Shown here one piece after another: positions 10,099 to 19,206 of a DNA stretch of 32,000 nucleotides; positions within the stretch are counted from its first letter, which is position 1; every line of letters starts with the position of its first letter. The position numbers and the translations under genes were made by a program. The DNA is from Phycisphaera mikurensis NBRC 102666 (GTDB lineage: Bacteria; Planctomycetota; Phycisphaerae; Phycisphaerales; Phycisphaeraceae): positions 1,470,001 through 1,502,000 of the forward strand of contig NC_017080.1 of the NCBI RefSeq assembly GCF_000284115.1. The letters run 5' to 3'. The notes under the pieces were generated by a model. That model made no database searches and had not been told where the DNA came from. It worked only from the letters and a program-made list of their open reading frames with translations.

Positions 10099-11442
10099 AT
10101 GGCCGCACCCGACGATCCCGCCCCCTCCCGCCCGCTCCGCGTCGGCCTGCTCGGGCTGGGGACGGTGGGAGCGGCGGTGGCCCGCCTGCTCCGGGACAAC
10201 CGCGAGCTCTACGCGCAACGCGCGGGGCGGCCGATCGACGTCGGCCCGGTGGTGGTGCGGGACGTGGCCAGGGCCCGCGGGCGGGGCGTGGTGGACCCCG
10301 CGTTGGTTTCCGACGACCCCGCGACGCTCGACGCCGCGGGCGTGGACGTGCTGGTCGAGGTCGCCGGCGGCAAGGACGCGGCGAAGGCCGCCATCGCCGA
10401 CGCCCTGCGGGCCGGCCGCCACGTGGTCACGGCCAACAAGGCGCTGCTCGCCAGTGACGGGCCGGAGCTGTTCGCCCTCGCCCGCGAGCACGGCGCCGCC
10501 GTCGCCTTTGAGGCCAGCTGCGTGGCCGGCGTCCCGATTGTCGCGGGGCTGGTCCAGGGGTTGATGAGCAATCGGTTCCGCCGGCTCGATGGCATCCTCA
10601 ACGGCACCTGCAACTTCATCGGCACCGCCATGGAGCGCGACGGGCGGTCCTACGCCGAGGCGCTGGCGGAGGCGAAGCGGCTGGGCTACGCCGAGGCCGA
10701 CGAGACGCTGGACGTGAGCGGGGCGGACGCCGCCTCCAAGCTGGCGATCCTCGCCTCGCTGGCCTTCGGGGTGGCGGTCCGCGACCGCGACGTCCCGATG
10801 GCGGGCATCGACGCGCTCGACGCCATGGACACGCGTTTCGCGGCATCGATGGGATTCGGCATCAAGCTGATCGCCTCGGCCATCCGGGGGCCCGGCGGCT
10901 CGCTGCACCTCTCGGCCTCCCCCTGCCTCGTCGCCGACGACCACCCGCTCCACGCGGTCACCGGCTCGACGAACGCGCTGTGCGTGGAGGCCGATCCCGT
11001 CGGCCGCGTGGTCCTGCAGGGGCCCGGGGCCGGCGGCGGCGAGACGGCCGCGGGCGTCGTCAGCGACCTGCTCGGCGTCGCGACCGGGTCCTACCCATCG
11101 CTGTTCGCGGCGTCGGGGCTCTGGCCGGATCGGCGGGCCGCCGCGGAGCCCGCGGCCCCGGGGCAGCTGCCCGGCCGCTTCTACCTGCGGGTCCGCGTGG
11201 CGGACGAGCCGGGTGTGGTGGGGCGGCTGGCGTCGGCGCTGGGTGCCGAGGGCATCTCGCTGTCGGCGTTCCACCAGCAGGAGGCGGTGCCCGGCGCGGA
11301 CGGGGTGCCGGTGGTGCTGCTCACGCACCACACCACGCGGGAGCGGGTGGACGCCGGGTGCCGGGCCTTCGGCGGCGACGCCGCGCTCCGTGGCGAGCCC
11401 GTGGTGATGCGCGTGCTGGGGCGCGAAGAAGCGGCCGGCTGA
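10099..11442 (+). CDS. hom: homoserine dehydrogenase
   Basis: ATG at 10099 in the frame of ORF 8980-11442. NAD-binding N-terminus VGLLGLGTVGAAV, VVTANKALLA, ILNGTCNFI, ADASKLAILA, and a C-terminal ACT-like segment (FYLRVRVADEPGVVGRLASAL). Confidence 0.93.
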   Translation: MAAPDDPAPSRPLRVGLLGLGTVGAAVARLLRDNRELYAQRAGRPIDVGPVVVRDVARARGRGVVDPALVSDDPATLDAAGVDVLVEVAGGKDAAKAAIADALRAGRHVVTANKALLASDGPELFALAREHGAAVAFEASCVAGVPIVAGLVQGLMSNRFRRLDGILNGTCNFIGTAMERDGRSYAEALAEAKRLGYAEADETLDVSGADAASKLAILASLAFGVAVRDRDVPMAGIDALDAMDTRFAASMGFGIKLIASAIRGPGGSLHLSASPCLVADDHPLHAVTGSTNALCVEADPVGRVVLQGPGAGGGETAAGVVSDLLGVATGSYPSLFAASGLWPDRRAAAEPAAPGQLPGRFYLRVRVADEPGVVGRLASALGAEGISLSAFHQQEAVPGADGVPVVLLTHHTTRERVDAGCRAFGGDAALRGEPVVMRVLGREEAAG

Positions 11443-11457
11443 ACCTGCGCCGTCCCC

Positions 11458-11482
11458 CCGGCCCCGACGCCGCCGGGGCCGG
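11458..11482. terminator. GC-rich hairpin between the convergent hom and 118-aa genes
   Basis: Perfect 8-bp stem ccggcccc / ggggccgg with a 9-nt loop, read directly. There is no U-tract, so a terminator role is only inferred from position. Confidence 0.35.
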
Positions 11483-11486
11483 ACGC

Positions 11487-11843
11487 TCAGCCGGCCGCGA
11501 GGGCCGCGGCCCTTGCGTCGAGCTCCGCGACGAAGCGGCCGCGGGGCATCGCCTCGGCGCCGGCGGCGGCGGCGGCCCGCAGCCGTCCGGCGTCGACGTG
11601 CGGCCCGAAGGCGAGCACGTCCGCTCGCCCCGCCGCCATCGCGATCAGCTCCAGCGCGTCCTCCCGCTCCAGGTCCACCCACACCGCGGCGACCGGGCCG
11701 TTGGGCTTGCCGTCCTCCACCCGGTCGAGCCGGGCCCGCAGCATCGCCGTGCTCCGCGCCGGGCGGGCGGTGGCGCCGGCCGCTCGGGTGGCGGAGGCGA
11801 TCTTCGAGGCGAACAGGAGGTCGTTGCAGGCGTAAACGAGCAT
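11487..11843 (-). CDS. hypothetical protein (118 aa)
   Basis: ATG-initiated ORF with strongly G/C-biased third codon positions, as in neighbouring genes. It does not overlap the supported flanking genes. I recognise no motif. Confidence 0.5.
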   Translation of the reverse strand: MLVYACNDLLFASKIASATRAAGATARPARSTAMLRARLDRVEDGKPNGPVAAVWVDLEREDALELIAMAAGRADVLAFGPHVDAGRLRAAAAAGAEAMPRGRFVAELDARAAALAAG

Positions 11844-11902
11844 CTGCCGAAGACCCTAAACGCCGCCTCACGCGGCGCACCTCCCCGCCGAAGAAGCCCG
11901 AC

Positions 11903-13231
11903 ATGAGCGAAAGCGTCGACCGCCCCGCAACCGAGCCCGCTCCCGAAGCCGGGGAGGCCATCGCCTTCCGCCCGACCCGCCACACGCTGTACCAGGAGAC
12001 GATCGGCAGCGTCATGCACGCCTGCGACCTGCTCGACCAGCCGCAGCACCTCCGGCTGATCCTCGCCGAGCCCAAGACCGAGGTGATGGTCCACTTCCCG
12101 GTGAAGATGGACGACGGGGAGTACCGGCTGTTCAAGGGCTACCGCGTCCAGCACAACAACATCCTCGGGCCCTTCAAGGGCGGCATCCGCTACCACCCCG
12201 ACGTCTCGCTGGACCACGTGAAGAGCCTCGCGGTGCTCATGACGATGAAGTGCTCGCTCGCGCGGCTGCCGCTCGGCGGCGCCAAGGGCGGCGTGCAGTG
12301 CGACCCGCGAGCGCTGAGCCCGAGCGAGGCGATGCGCCTGACGCGGCGTTTCACCTCCGCCCTCGGCGACAACATCGGCCCCGCCCACGACATCCCCGCG
12401 CCCGACGTCGGAACGACCGCCGCGATGATGGGGTGGATGGCGGACACCTACATCAACATCTCCGACGCCCGCGGTCGCTCCAACGGGCAGGCGGTGGTGA
12501 CCGGCAAGCCGGTGGCCTTCGGCGGCTCGGCGGGCCGCGAGAAGGCGACCGGCCAAGGCCTCGTCTACGTGCTGCAGCAGACCCTGCCCGAGCTGGACGT
12601 CGACCCCGCGGCCATGTCGGTGTCGGTGATCGGCTACGGCAACGTGGGCTCGTGGACGAGCCGGATCCTCGCCAAGGGCGGCGCCCGGATCGAGGCGGTG
12701 ATGGACCACACCGGCGCCGTCCACAAGCCCGGCGGCCTGGACACCGAGGCGCTCGCGCAGCACGTCGAGTCCGCCGGGGGCGTCGGCGGCTTCGGCGGCG
12801 CCGAGCCGATCGACACGCCGACCTTCTACGGCCTCGGCGTCGACGTGCTGATCCCCGCCGCCCTCGAGCAGATGATCACCGAGACCGAGGCGCAGCACGT
12901 CAACGCGCGGGTCGTCGCCGAGGCGGCGAACGCGCCGACGACCCCCGCCGGCGACGCCGTGCTCGCCGAGCGCGGCATCGAGGTGCTGCCCGCGATCCTG
13001 TGCAACGCCGGCGGTGTCTGCGTCTCGTACATGGAGTGGCGGCAGAACCGCGCGGCGGAGACCTGGGCGCTGGAGCGGGTGGACCGGGAGCTGCGCGACC
13101 TCATGAACGCCGCCGCCCAGCGGGTGAAGCTCGCCCGCCACCGCTTCGGCTGCGACATGCGGACCGCGGCGTACGTCGCGGCGCTCGACCGCATCGGCGA
13201 CGTCTACAGCGTCCGCGGCATCTTCCCGTGA
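11903..13231 (+). CDS. gdhA: glutamate dehydrogenase (Glu/Leu/Phe/Val dehydrogenase family)
   Basis: ATG at 11903 in the frame of ORF 11513-13231. The catalytic-lysine region [18 protein letters not shown] and the Rossmann segment IGYGNVGS are typical of roughly 420-450 aa GDHs. Confidence 0.9.
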   Translation: MSESVDRPATEPAPEAGEAIAFRPTRHTLYQETIGSVMHACDLLDQPQHLRLILAEPKTEVMVHFPVKMDDGEYRLFKGYRVQHNNILGPFKGGIRYHPDVSLDHVKSLAVLMTMKCSLARLPLGGAKGGVQCDPRALSPSEAMRLTRRFTSALGDNIGPAHDIPAPDVGTTAAMMGWMADTYINISDARGRSNGQAVVTGKPVAFGGSAGREKATGQGLVYVLQQTLPELDVDPAAMSVSVIGYGNVGSWTSRILAKGGARIEAVMDHTGAVHKPGGLDTEALAQHVESAGGVGGFGGAEPIDTPTFYGLGVDVLIPAALEQMITETEAQHVNARVVAEAANAPTTPAGDAVLAERGIEVLPAILCNAGGVCVSYMEWRQNRAAETWALERVDRELRDLMNAAAQRVKLARHRFGCDMRTAAYVAALDRIGDVYSVRGIFP

Positions 13232-13305
13232 TCGGCGGGGTCCTGCTTGGTCCGCGGCCGCGGCGGGACCGGAAACGCCGACCGCGGCATCCATTACGCT
13301 CGGAC

Positions 13306-14832
13306 ATGGAAGCCTCCAACCGTGCCAGCGGTGAGTCCCGGATCGTCTCCGACGGGATCACCTTCGACGACCTGCTGCTGCTGCCCAGCTTCAGCGACTT
13401 CGTTCCCAACGAGGTGGACACGTCGGCCCCGCTCACGCGGAACCTCACGCTCAACGTGCCGCTGGTGTCGGCGCCGATGGACACGGTGACCGAGTCGGCC
13501 CTGGCGATCGGCCTGGCCCAGGAGGGCGGGCTGGGCGTCATCCACAAGAACCTCTCGGTGGAGGCGCAGTGCCGCGAGGTGACGAAGGTGAAGCGATCCG
13601 CCAACGGCGTGATCCCCGACCCGCACGTGCTGCCGCCGGACGCCCGGGCTTCCGAAGCCCGCTCGCTGATGCGGACGCAGAACATCTCCGGCGTGCCGAT
13701 CACCGAGGGCGGCGTGCGGAACGGCCGCGTCGTCGGCATCGTCACCCGCCGCGACATGCTCTTCCTCTCCGAGGACGACACGCCGCTGTCGGAGGTCATG
13801 AGCACCCGGCTGATCACCGGCCGGCCGGGCACGACGCTCCCCGAGGCGGAGACGATCCTGAAGGAGCAGAAGGTCGAGAAGCTGCTGCTGGTCGACGGCG
13901 ACGGCCGGCTGACCGGGCTCATCACGATGAGCGACATCGCCAAGCAGGACCGCTTCCCGCTGGCCTGCCGCGACGGCCAGGGGCGGCTGCGGGTGGGCGC
14001 CGCCGTGGGCGTGCACCAGCTGGAGCGCGTGGAGGCGCTGCTCGCCGCCGAGGCCGACGTCATCAGCGTCGACTCGGCGCACGGCCACTCGGCCAACGTG
14101 CTGCAGAGCGTCCGCGACATCAAGGCGGCGTTCCCGAGCGCCGACGTGATCGCCGGCAACGTGGCGACCGAGGCCGGCGCCCGCGACCTCGTCGAGGCCG
14201 GCGTGGACGCGGTGAAGGTGGGCATCGGCCCCGGCTCGATCTGCACCACGCGGATCGTCTCGGGCGTGGGCGTGCCGCAGATCACCGCGATCTTCGACGC
14301 CTGCCGTGCCGCGACCCCGGCGGGCGTCCCGGTGATCGCCGACGGCGGCATCCGCCACAGCGGCGACATCACCAAGGCGCTCGCGGCCGGCGCGAGCACG
14401 GTGATGCTCGGCAGCCTCTTCGCGGGACTCGACGAGAGCCCCGGGGACCTCATCATCCACGGCGGCCGCCGCTACAAGCAGTACCGCGGCATGGGCAGCG
14501 AGGGCGCCATGCTCGCCGGCTCGGCCGACCGCTACAGCCAGAAGGGCGAGACCCGCCGCGACAAGCTCGTGCCCGAGGGCGTGGAGGGCCGCGTCCCGTT
14601 CCGCGGGATGCTCGCGGATTTCGTCTACCAGATGGTCGGCGGCCTGCGGGCGGGCATGGGGTACTGCGGCACGCCGGACCTCTCCGCCCTGCGGACCCGC
14701 TCGCGCTTCACCCGCGTGAGCGCCGCGAGCATGGCCGAGAGCCACCCCCACGACATCCGCATCACCCGCGAGAGCAAGAACTACTCGCCGAGCCAGGCGA
14801 TCGGCGGCGGCGACGCCGACGGCGAGGACTGA
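13306..14832 (+). CDS. guaB: IMP dehydrogenase
   Basis: ATG at 13306 in the frame of ORF 12250-14832. Motifs: [19 protein letters not shown], a tandem CBS region, the catalytic loop [14 protein letters not shown], and GGIRHSGDI. Confidence 0.95.
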   Translation: MEASNRASGESRIVSDGITFDDLLLLPSFSDFVPNEVDTSAPLTRNLTLNVPLVSAPMDTVTESALAIGLAQEGGLGVIHKNLSVEAQCREVTKVKRSANGVIPDPHVLPPDARASEARSLMRTQNISGVPITEGGVRNGRVVGIVTRRDMLFLSEDDTPLSEVMSTRLITGRPGTTLPEAETILKEQKVEKLLLVDGDGRLTGLITMSDIAKQDRFPLACRDGQGRLRVGAAVGVHQLERVEALLAAEADVISVDSAHGHSANVLQSVRDIKAAFPSADVIAGNVATEAGARDLVEAGVDAVKVGIGPGSICTTRIVSGVGVPQITAIFDACRAATPAGVPVIADGGIRHSGDITKALAAGASTVMLGSLFAGLDESPGDLIIHGGRRYKQYRGMGSEGAMLAGSADRYSQKGETRRDKLVPEGVEGRVPFRGMLADFVYQMVGGLRAGMGYCGTPDLSALRTRSRFTRVSAASMAESHPHDIRITRESKNYSPSQAIGGGDADGED

Positions 14833-14881
14833 CGCGGGAGGTGGGGCGGGCCGGGCCGGAACCTGGAACGAGCGGAAACCT

Positions 14882-14960
14882 CGGGTGCCACGCCGCTTGA
14901 GGGTTGGCGGGCGCGGGAGATCGTCGCGACGCGGCCACCCCCCAAGGGGCGTGGCACCCG
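14882..14960. other. long imperfect hairpin (about 79 nt) downstream of guaB
   Basis: Perfect 13-nt inverted repeat cgggtgccacgcc (14882-14894) / ggcgtggcacccg (14948-14960). The arms continue inward imperfectly, with about 10 of the next 13 positions complementary. Confidence 0.5.
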
Positions 14961-15048
14961 GGGACCTCGGACAAGCGGCCCTGCACCGACGTCCTGAGCA
15001 TGTGGCCCCAAGAGACGCGGCGAGGGTCGAGAGCTTTAGGCTCTGGCG

Positions 15049-16863
15049 ATGAGACGCCTTCTCCTCGCCGCCTGCCTGCTCCTGCCGCTGCCGGCCGACG
15101 CCGAGGCGGTCGCCGCCTTCCATTGGGCGGGCGCCAAGGCCGCCGCGGACGCGGGCTACGCCGGCTCCCGCACCGAGGCGCTGGTCGCGGAGATGGACCC
15201 CGCGGCGATCGCCGGCGCGGCCGGCCGCGTGGCGGCGGCGCTGGCGGCCCGCGCCGACGAGCCCGACGTCGCCGAGGGGCTCGCGACGATCCGGCGGCTG
15301 CGGGCGGCGACGTTCCAGAACCCGGTCACGGCGTGGATCAACGCGGACGGCGTGGGGAAGGCGTCGCTCTCGGGCGCGATCCGCTGGTCGGTCCCCGACG
15401 CCGGCGAAGCGGAGGCGCTCGCGGCGGAGCTGACGGACCTGCTCCACGAGTTCGGCCACCCCGACCGCTGGAGCGTCGGCCGGGGCGGCGGGGCGGTGAC
15501 GCTCGCCTACGGCGAGGCGGGGGACGCGCCGGAGGCCCCCGCCGCGGACGAGGCGGTCCTCGCCCTCGACGTCGACGTAACCCGGCTCCTCGGCGCCGTC
15601 GAGCCCGCGGCCCGCGAAGCCCTCGCCGATGTCGACGGCGAGGTGCCGCCGGCCTACGACGCGGTGCTGGAGGTCCTCCACCCCGCCGGCATCGAGCGGT
15701 TCGCCGTCCGGCAGTTCTTCCGCGACGGGCTCTGGGCGACCGAGGCGAGCCTGGCCGCCCCCGCGCCGCGGCGCGGCCTCGCGCAGCTGCTGATCGACAC
15801 ACCCGCCGTCGAGGACGCCGACCTCGTCGCCGTCCCGGCCGCCGCCCCGATCGTCGCGGCCTTCGGCCTCGACCTCCGGGCCGCCTACGCGCTGGCCCGC
15901 GAAGCGGTCGCCGCGGCGGACCCCTCGCTCTTGGAAAGGCTCGACGAGCAGCTGCAGAGCGTGCGGGACGGCTTCGGCGTCGACGTGGAAGGGGGGATCC
16001 TCGACGCCTTCGGCGCGGTGCACACGGTCTTCCAGGATCCCGACGCGGCCGGAACCTCTTCGCTGGGCCTGGTCTTCGGCACCCGGCTGCGGGACGCCGA
16101 GGCCTTCGCGGAGGCCCTCGACACGCTCGCGGATCTCGCGAACGGCTTCGTCGAGGCGCAGACGCGGGACCTGTGGATCTCCGGCCGGGTGTTCAGCTCC
16201 CAGCGGGAGGGCGTGGAGGTCTCCACGGTGCCGCTGCCGGGGATCTCGCCGACCTGGGCCGTCGTTGACGGCACGTTCCTGCTCGGCCTCTACCCGCAGA
16301 CGCTGACCGCCGTACTCGAACGCCGTGCCGCCGGCGGCGGCACGATCCTCGGCACGCCCGCCTTCGCCGAGGCCCTCGCGGACGGACGCGCAGCGGCGGG
16401 CGCCGGCGGCGTGACCTCGGTCTCCTTCGTCGACCTGCCCGCCCTCGCCCCGCAGGCCTGGGGCAGCCTGCTCGTGCTCGAGCACGTCGGCACCGGCTTG
16501 GCCTCGATGACCTCCCGCGAGCCGGTGCCGGCGGTGCTCCCCCCCTACGCCCGGGTCCGCCCGCTGCTGATGGCTTCCACGGGCGCGGGGTGGCCGACGG
16601 AGGAGGGCTCGACCTCCGCGGCGGTCGCTCCCTTCCCCGGCTCGTCGCTCCTCGGGGGCGGAAGCGACGGCGGCGTGTCGGCGCTCTTCACGCTCCCGGG
16701 CCTCATGACGGGCATCTGGCAGGGCAGCGGCGACGTGATCGACGACGGCGGCTACAACGGCTTCCCCGATGCCGATGATCCGTTCGAGATCCCGACGCCT
16801 CCGCCGGCGCCTGGCGCTGTGCCTCCGCCGGCTCCGCCGCCGCCTTCGCCCTTCGGCGACTAA
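15049..16863 (+). CDS. hypothetical secreted protein (604 aa) with Pro-rich C-terminus
   Basis: ATG at 15049. Signal-peptide-like N-terminus MRRLLLAACLLLPLPADAEA, coding-type GC3 throughout, and the C-terminal tail PTPPPAPGAVPPPAPPPPSPFGD. No catalytic motif recognised. Confidence 0.6.
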   Translation: MRRLLLAACLLLPLPADAEAVAAFHWAGAKAAADAGYAGSRTEALVAEMDPAAIAGAAGRVAAALAARADEPDVAEGLATIRRLRAATFQNPVTAWINADGVGKASLSGAIRWSVPDAGEAEALAAELTDLLHEFGHPDRWSVGRGGGAVTLAYGEAGDAPEAPAADEAVLALDVDVTRLLGAVEPAAREALADVDGEVPPAYDAVLEVLHPAGIERFAVRQFFRDGLWATEASLAAPAPRRGLAQLLIDTPAVEDADLVAVPAAAPIVAAFGLDLRAAYALAREAVAAADPSLLERLDEQLQSVRDGFGVDVEGGILDAFGAVHTVFQDPDAAGTSSLGLVFGTRLRDAEAFAEALDTLADLANGFVEAQTRDLWISGRVFSSQREGVEVSTVPLPGISPTWAVVDGTFLLGLYPQTLTAVLERRAAGGGTILGTPAFAEALADGRAAAGAGGVTSVSFVDLPALAPQAWGSLLVLEHVGTGLASMTSREPVPAVLPPYARVRPLLMASTGAGWPTEEGSTSAAVAPFPGSSLLGGGSDGGVSALFTLPGLMTGIWQGSGDVIDDGGYNGFPDADDPFEIPTPPPAPGAVPPPAPPPPSPFGD

Positions 16864-16907
16864 GCGGGAGGCTCCCGGCGGCGCCGCGTCGATCCAGGAG
16901 GCGGCCG

Positions 16908-16929
16908 CGGTGCCGCGGCCGCGGCACCG
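16908..16929. terminator. 22-nt perfect GC palindrome just after the 15049-16863 stop codon
   Basis: cggtgccgcggccgcggcaccg is its own reverse complement, read directly, and contains CCGCGGCCGCGG. It lies 45 nt downstream of the TAA stop. A terminator role is inferred from position only. Confidence 0.35.
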
Positions 16930-16951
16930 GCCCGGGCCCGATCCGCCCGCG

Positions 16952-16968
16952 GGATCCGCGGACCGTCA
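16952..16968 (+). repeat. 17-mer GGATCCGCGGACCGTCA, copy 1 (upstream of the E2 gene)
   Basis: Exact 17-nt match to 18587-18603 in the same orientation. Confidence 0.9.
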
Positions 16969-17158
16969 CCTCCAGCCCGTCGGAAGCCCGGCGGTCCGCG
17001 GCGAAGCCCCGCCCGATCCGCCGCCCGCCCCCGCGGAACCCGACCCGTTTCTAGACTCGCCGCCCCCGGCTCCGGCGGCTGCTCCCGAGCCGCCGCACGC
17101 CGCCGCGCCTCCCGCCGACCCGACCGCCGCCCCCGCGGACACCCCCCGAGAACCCCCG

Positions 17159-18544
17159 ATGCCGATCCAGATCGAGATGCCCCGCCTGTCCGACACCATG
17201 GAAGAGGGCACGCTGGTGAAGTGGCGCGTGGCGGTCGGCGACAAGGTGAACGCTCAGGACGTCATCGCCGATGTCGAGACCGACAAGGCGACGATGGAGG
17301 TGCCCGTCTTCGACGAGGGCACGATCGCGAGGCTCGCGGTGGACGAGGGCGCGACGGTGCCGGTGGGCGAGGTGATGTGCGTCATCGCCGAGGCCGGGGA
17401 AGACGTGGAGGCCGCGGCGGCCGCGGGCGGCGGCGAGAAGAAGGAGGCGGCCGCGCAGCCGAAGGAGTCGACGGAGCAGCGCGCGGAGGAGACCTCCGCC
17501 GACGGCGGCGCCGACTCGATCGCGTCTTCGCAGGACAACGCCGGCCCGGCCGCCTCGTCCTCCGGGAGCGGCGGCGGTCGCGTGAAGATCTCCCCGCTCG
17601 CCCGCAAGCTCGCCGACGAGCACGGCGTGGACGTGAACGCGATCGAGGGCTCCGGGCCCGGCGGCCGCATCATCAAGCGGGACGTCCTGGAGGCCGCCAA
17701 GGGCGGCGGCGGCGGGGTTTCTGCCTCCGCCGGGAAGAGCGAGCGGGAGGCAGAGCCAGCGTCCACGCCCGCGCCGAAGCCGGTGGAGGCACCGTCGGGG
17801 GTCGCCTCGCACGGGGTCGGCCCCGGGCTGGAGGCCAAGACCGTCCAGCTCTCGGGCATGCGGAAGACGATCGCCCGCCGGCTCGTCGAGAGCAAGACCG
17901 GCGTGCCGCACTTCCAGGTCTCCGTCGCGGTGGCCATGGACGAGCTGATGTCGCTGCGGGCGACCATCAACGGCCAGCTCAAGGAGCAGGGCGTCAAGAT
18001 CAGCGTGAACGACTTCGTGATGAAGGCGATCGCGATGAGCTGCGTCCAGCACCCGGTCGTCAACGCCAGCTTCGGCGGCGACGAGATCGTCTACCACGGC
18101 AGCGTCAACGTCGGGGTGGCGATCGCCCTGCCGATCTCCGCGGACGGCACCGGTGGCGGGCTGCTGGTGGCCACCGTGCGCGGGGTGGAGTCCAAGGGTC
18201 TCCGGGCGATCAGCAACGAGGTGAAGACGCTCGCGGGCAAGGCACGCTCCGGCGGGCTCTCGCCGCAGGAGATGGCCGACTCGACCATCGCGATCAGCAA
18301 CCTGGGCATGCCGCAGTACGGCGTGACCAGCTTCTCGGCGATCGTGAACCCGCCCAACGCGGCGATCATCGCGGTCGGTGCGGCGCTGGAGAAAGCCGTC
18401 GTCCGCGACGGCCAGCTCGCGGTCGGGCTGGAGATGTCGGTGACGCTCTCCGGCGACCACCGCGTGATCGACGGCGCCGTTGCCGGCGAGTACCTCGCCA
18501 CGCTGCGATCAATGCTCGAGAACCCCGCCTCTCTGCTCGTCTGA
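17159..18544 (+). CDS. 2-oxoacid dehydrogenase E2 component (dihydrolipoamide acetyltransferase-like)
   Basis: ATG at 17159 in the frame of ORF 16769-18544. Lipoyl domain (MPRLSDTMEEGTLVKW...VETDKATMEV), Ala/Gly-rich linker, E3-binding domain (ISPLARKLADEHGVDVNAIEGSGPGGRIIKRDV), and a catalytic domain with DHRVIDG. Confidence 0.9.
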   Translation: MPIQIEMPRLSDTMEEGTLVKWRVAVGDKVNAQDVIADVETDKATMEVPVFDEGTIARLAVDEGATVPVGEVMCVIAEAGEDVEAAAAAGGGEKKEAAAQPKESTEQRAEETSADGGADSIASSQDNAGPAASSSGSGGGRVKISPLARKLADEHGVDVNAIEGSGPGGRIIKRDVLEAAKGGGGGVSASAGKSEREAEPASTPAPKPVEAPSGVASHGVGPGLEAKTVQLSGMRKTIARRLVESKTGVPHFQVSVAVAMDELMSLRATINGQLKEQGVKISVNDFVMKAIAMSCVQHPVVNASFGGDEIVYHGSVNVGVAIALPISADGTGGGLLVATVRGVESKGLRAISNEVKTLAGKARSGGLSPQEMADSTIAISNLGMPQYGVTSFSAIVNPPNAAIIAVGAALEKAVVRDGQLAVGLEMSVTLSGDHRVIDGAVAGEYLATLRSMLENPASLLV

Positions 18545-18586
18545 CGGCGCAGCAGGCCCGGCAGGCCCCGCGTGCGGGCCGCTCTC

Positions 18587-18603
18587 GGATCCGCGGACCG
18601 TCA
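18587..18603 (+). repeat. 17-mer GGATCCGCGGACCGTCA, copy 2 (downstream of the E2 gene)
   Basis: Exact match to 16952-16968. Its last three bases (tca, 18601-18603) are the stop codon of the minus-strand DUF421 gene. Confidence 0.9.
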
Positions 18604-19197
18604 GTCTTTTCCGGGCGGATCGACCGCGGTCCGCGGCCCCTCGGCGTCGTGGTTGACGAGGCCCTTGAGCAGCGAGGGGTCCAGCGGCTGGTCGCCGTGC
18701 AGCACGGAGACGTCGCCGGTCGACTCGACCACGACGGCCTGCACCTCGCTGGGTTGCAGCGCGTTCGCCTCGCGGAGCTTCGCGTAGAGGTCGTCCTCGG
18801 TCAGCCGGGCCGCCGCCATGCCTTCGGGCAGCATGCGCCCGTGGCGGAAGACCAGGATCGGCTCGTTGTCGATCAGGTCTTCGGCGGCTTTGCTTCTGGT
18901 CCGCGTGACCGCGACGACGGCCTGGGACGCGAAGAGCGTGGCGAGCACGACCAGGCCGAGCAGCAGCGAGGTGGTGCCGGCGAGCGCGGTGGAGGCGATG
19001 ACCGAGCCGACCGCGATTGTCATCGCGAAGTCGAAGCTGGACATCTTCGCGAAGCTGCGGACGCCCTGGATCCGGCAGAAGAGGATGACCGCGGCGTAGA
19101 CGACGGCGGTGGTCGCCGCCGCGGCGAGCAGCGTCGGGAGGTCGCTCAACCACCAGGAGGAGGCATCGGGCGGAGGTTGCCGGGCGAGTGCGTGCAT
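18601..19197 (-). CDS. DUF421 (YetF-like) membrane protein
   Basis: 198-aa ORF with an ATG at 19197. Three N-terminal hydrophobic helices are followed by the segment EPILVFRHGRMLPEGMAAARLTEDDLYAKLREANALQPSEVQAVVVESTGDVSV, which is characteristic of the DUF421 soluble domain. Confidence 0.78.
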   Translation of the reverse strand: MHALARQPPPDASSWWLSDLPTLLAAAATTAVVYAAVILFCRIQGVRSFAKMSSFDFAMTIAVGSVIASTALAGTTSLLLGLVVLATLFASQAVVAVTRTRSKAAEDLIDNEPILVFRHGRMLPEGMAAARLTEDDLYAKLREANALQPSEVQAVVVESTGDVSVLHGDQPLDPSLLKGLVNHDAEGPRTAVDPPGKD

Positions 19198-19206
19198 GGG
19201 GGAGGT

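Noticed and set aside
13294-16485. Very long antisense or alternate-frame ORFs: 13294-16485(-) 1063 aa, 23070-26078(-) 1002 aa, 26685-29957(-) 1090 aa, 17221-20745(+) 1174 aa, 2797-4365(-), 523-2697(+) and many others.
   Set aside because: Their translations are Arg/Gly/Pro/Ala low-complexity strings with no motifs, and they overlap genes that carry clear family signatures in another frame. Stop-codon scarcity at this GC content produces such shadow ORFs routinely.
16769-17158. 130-codon N-terminal extension of the E2 ORF (Pro/Ala-rich). Similar extensions precede the helicase (1001-1222), hom (8980-10098), gdh (11513-11902) and guaB (12250-13305).
   Set aside because: Each extension overlaps another supported gene or a repeat-rich intergenic region. 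In each case the family-typical N-terminus begins at the internal ATG I chose.
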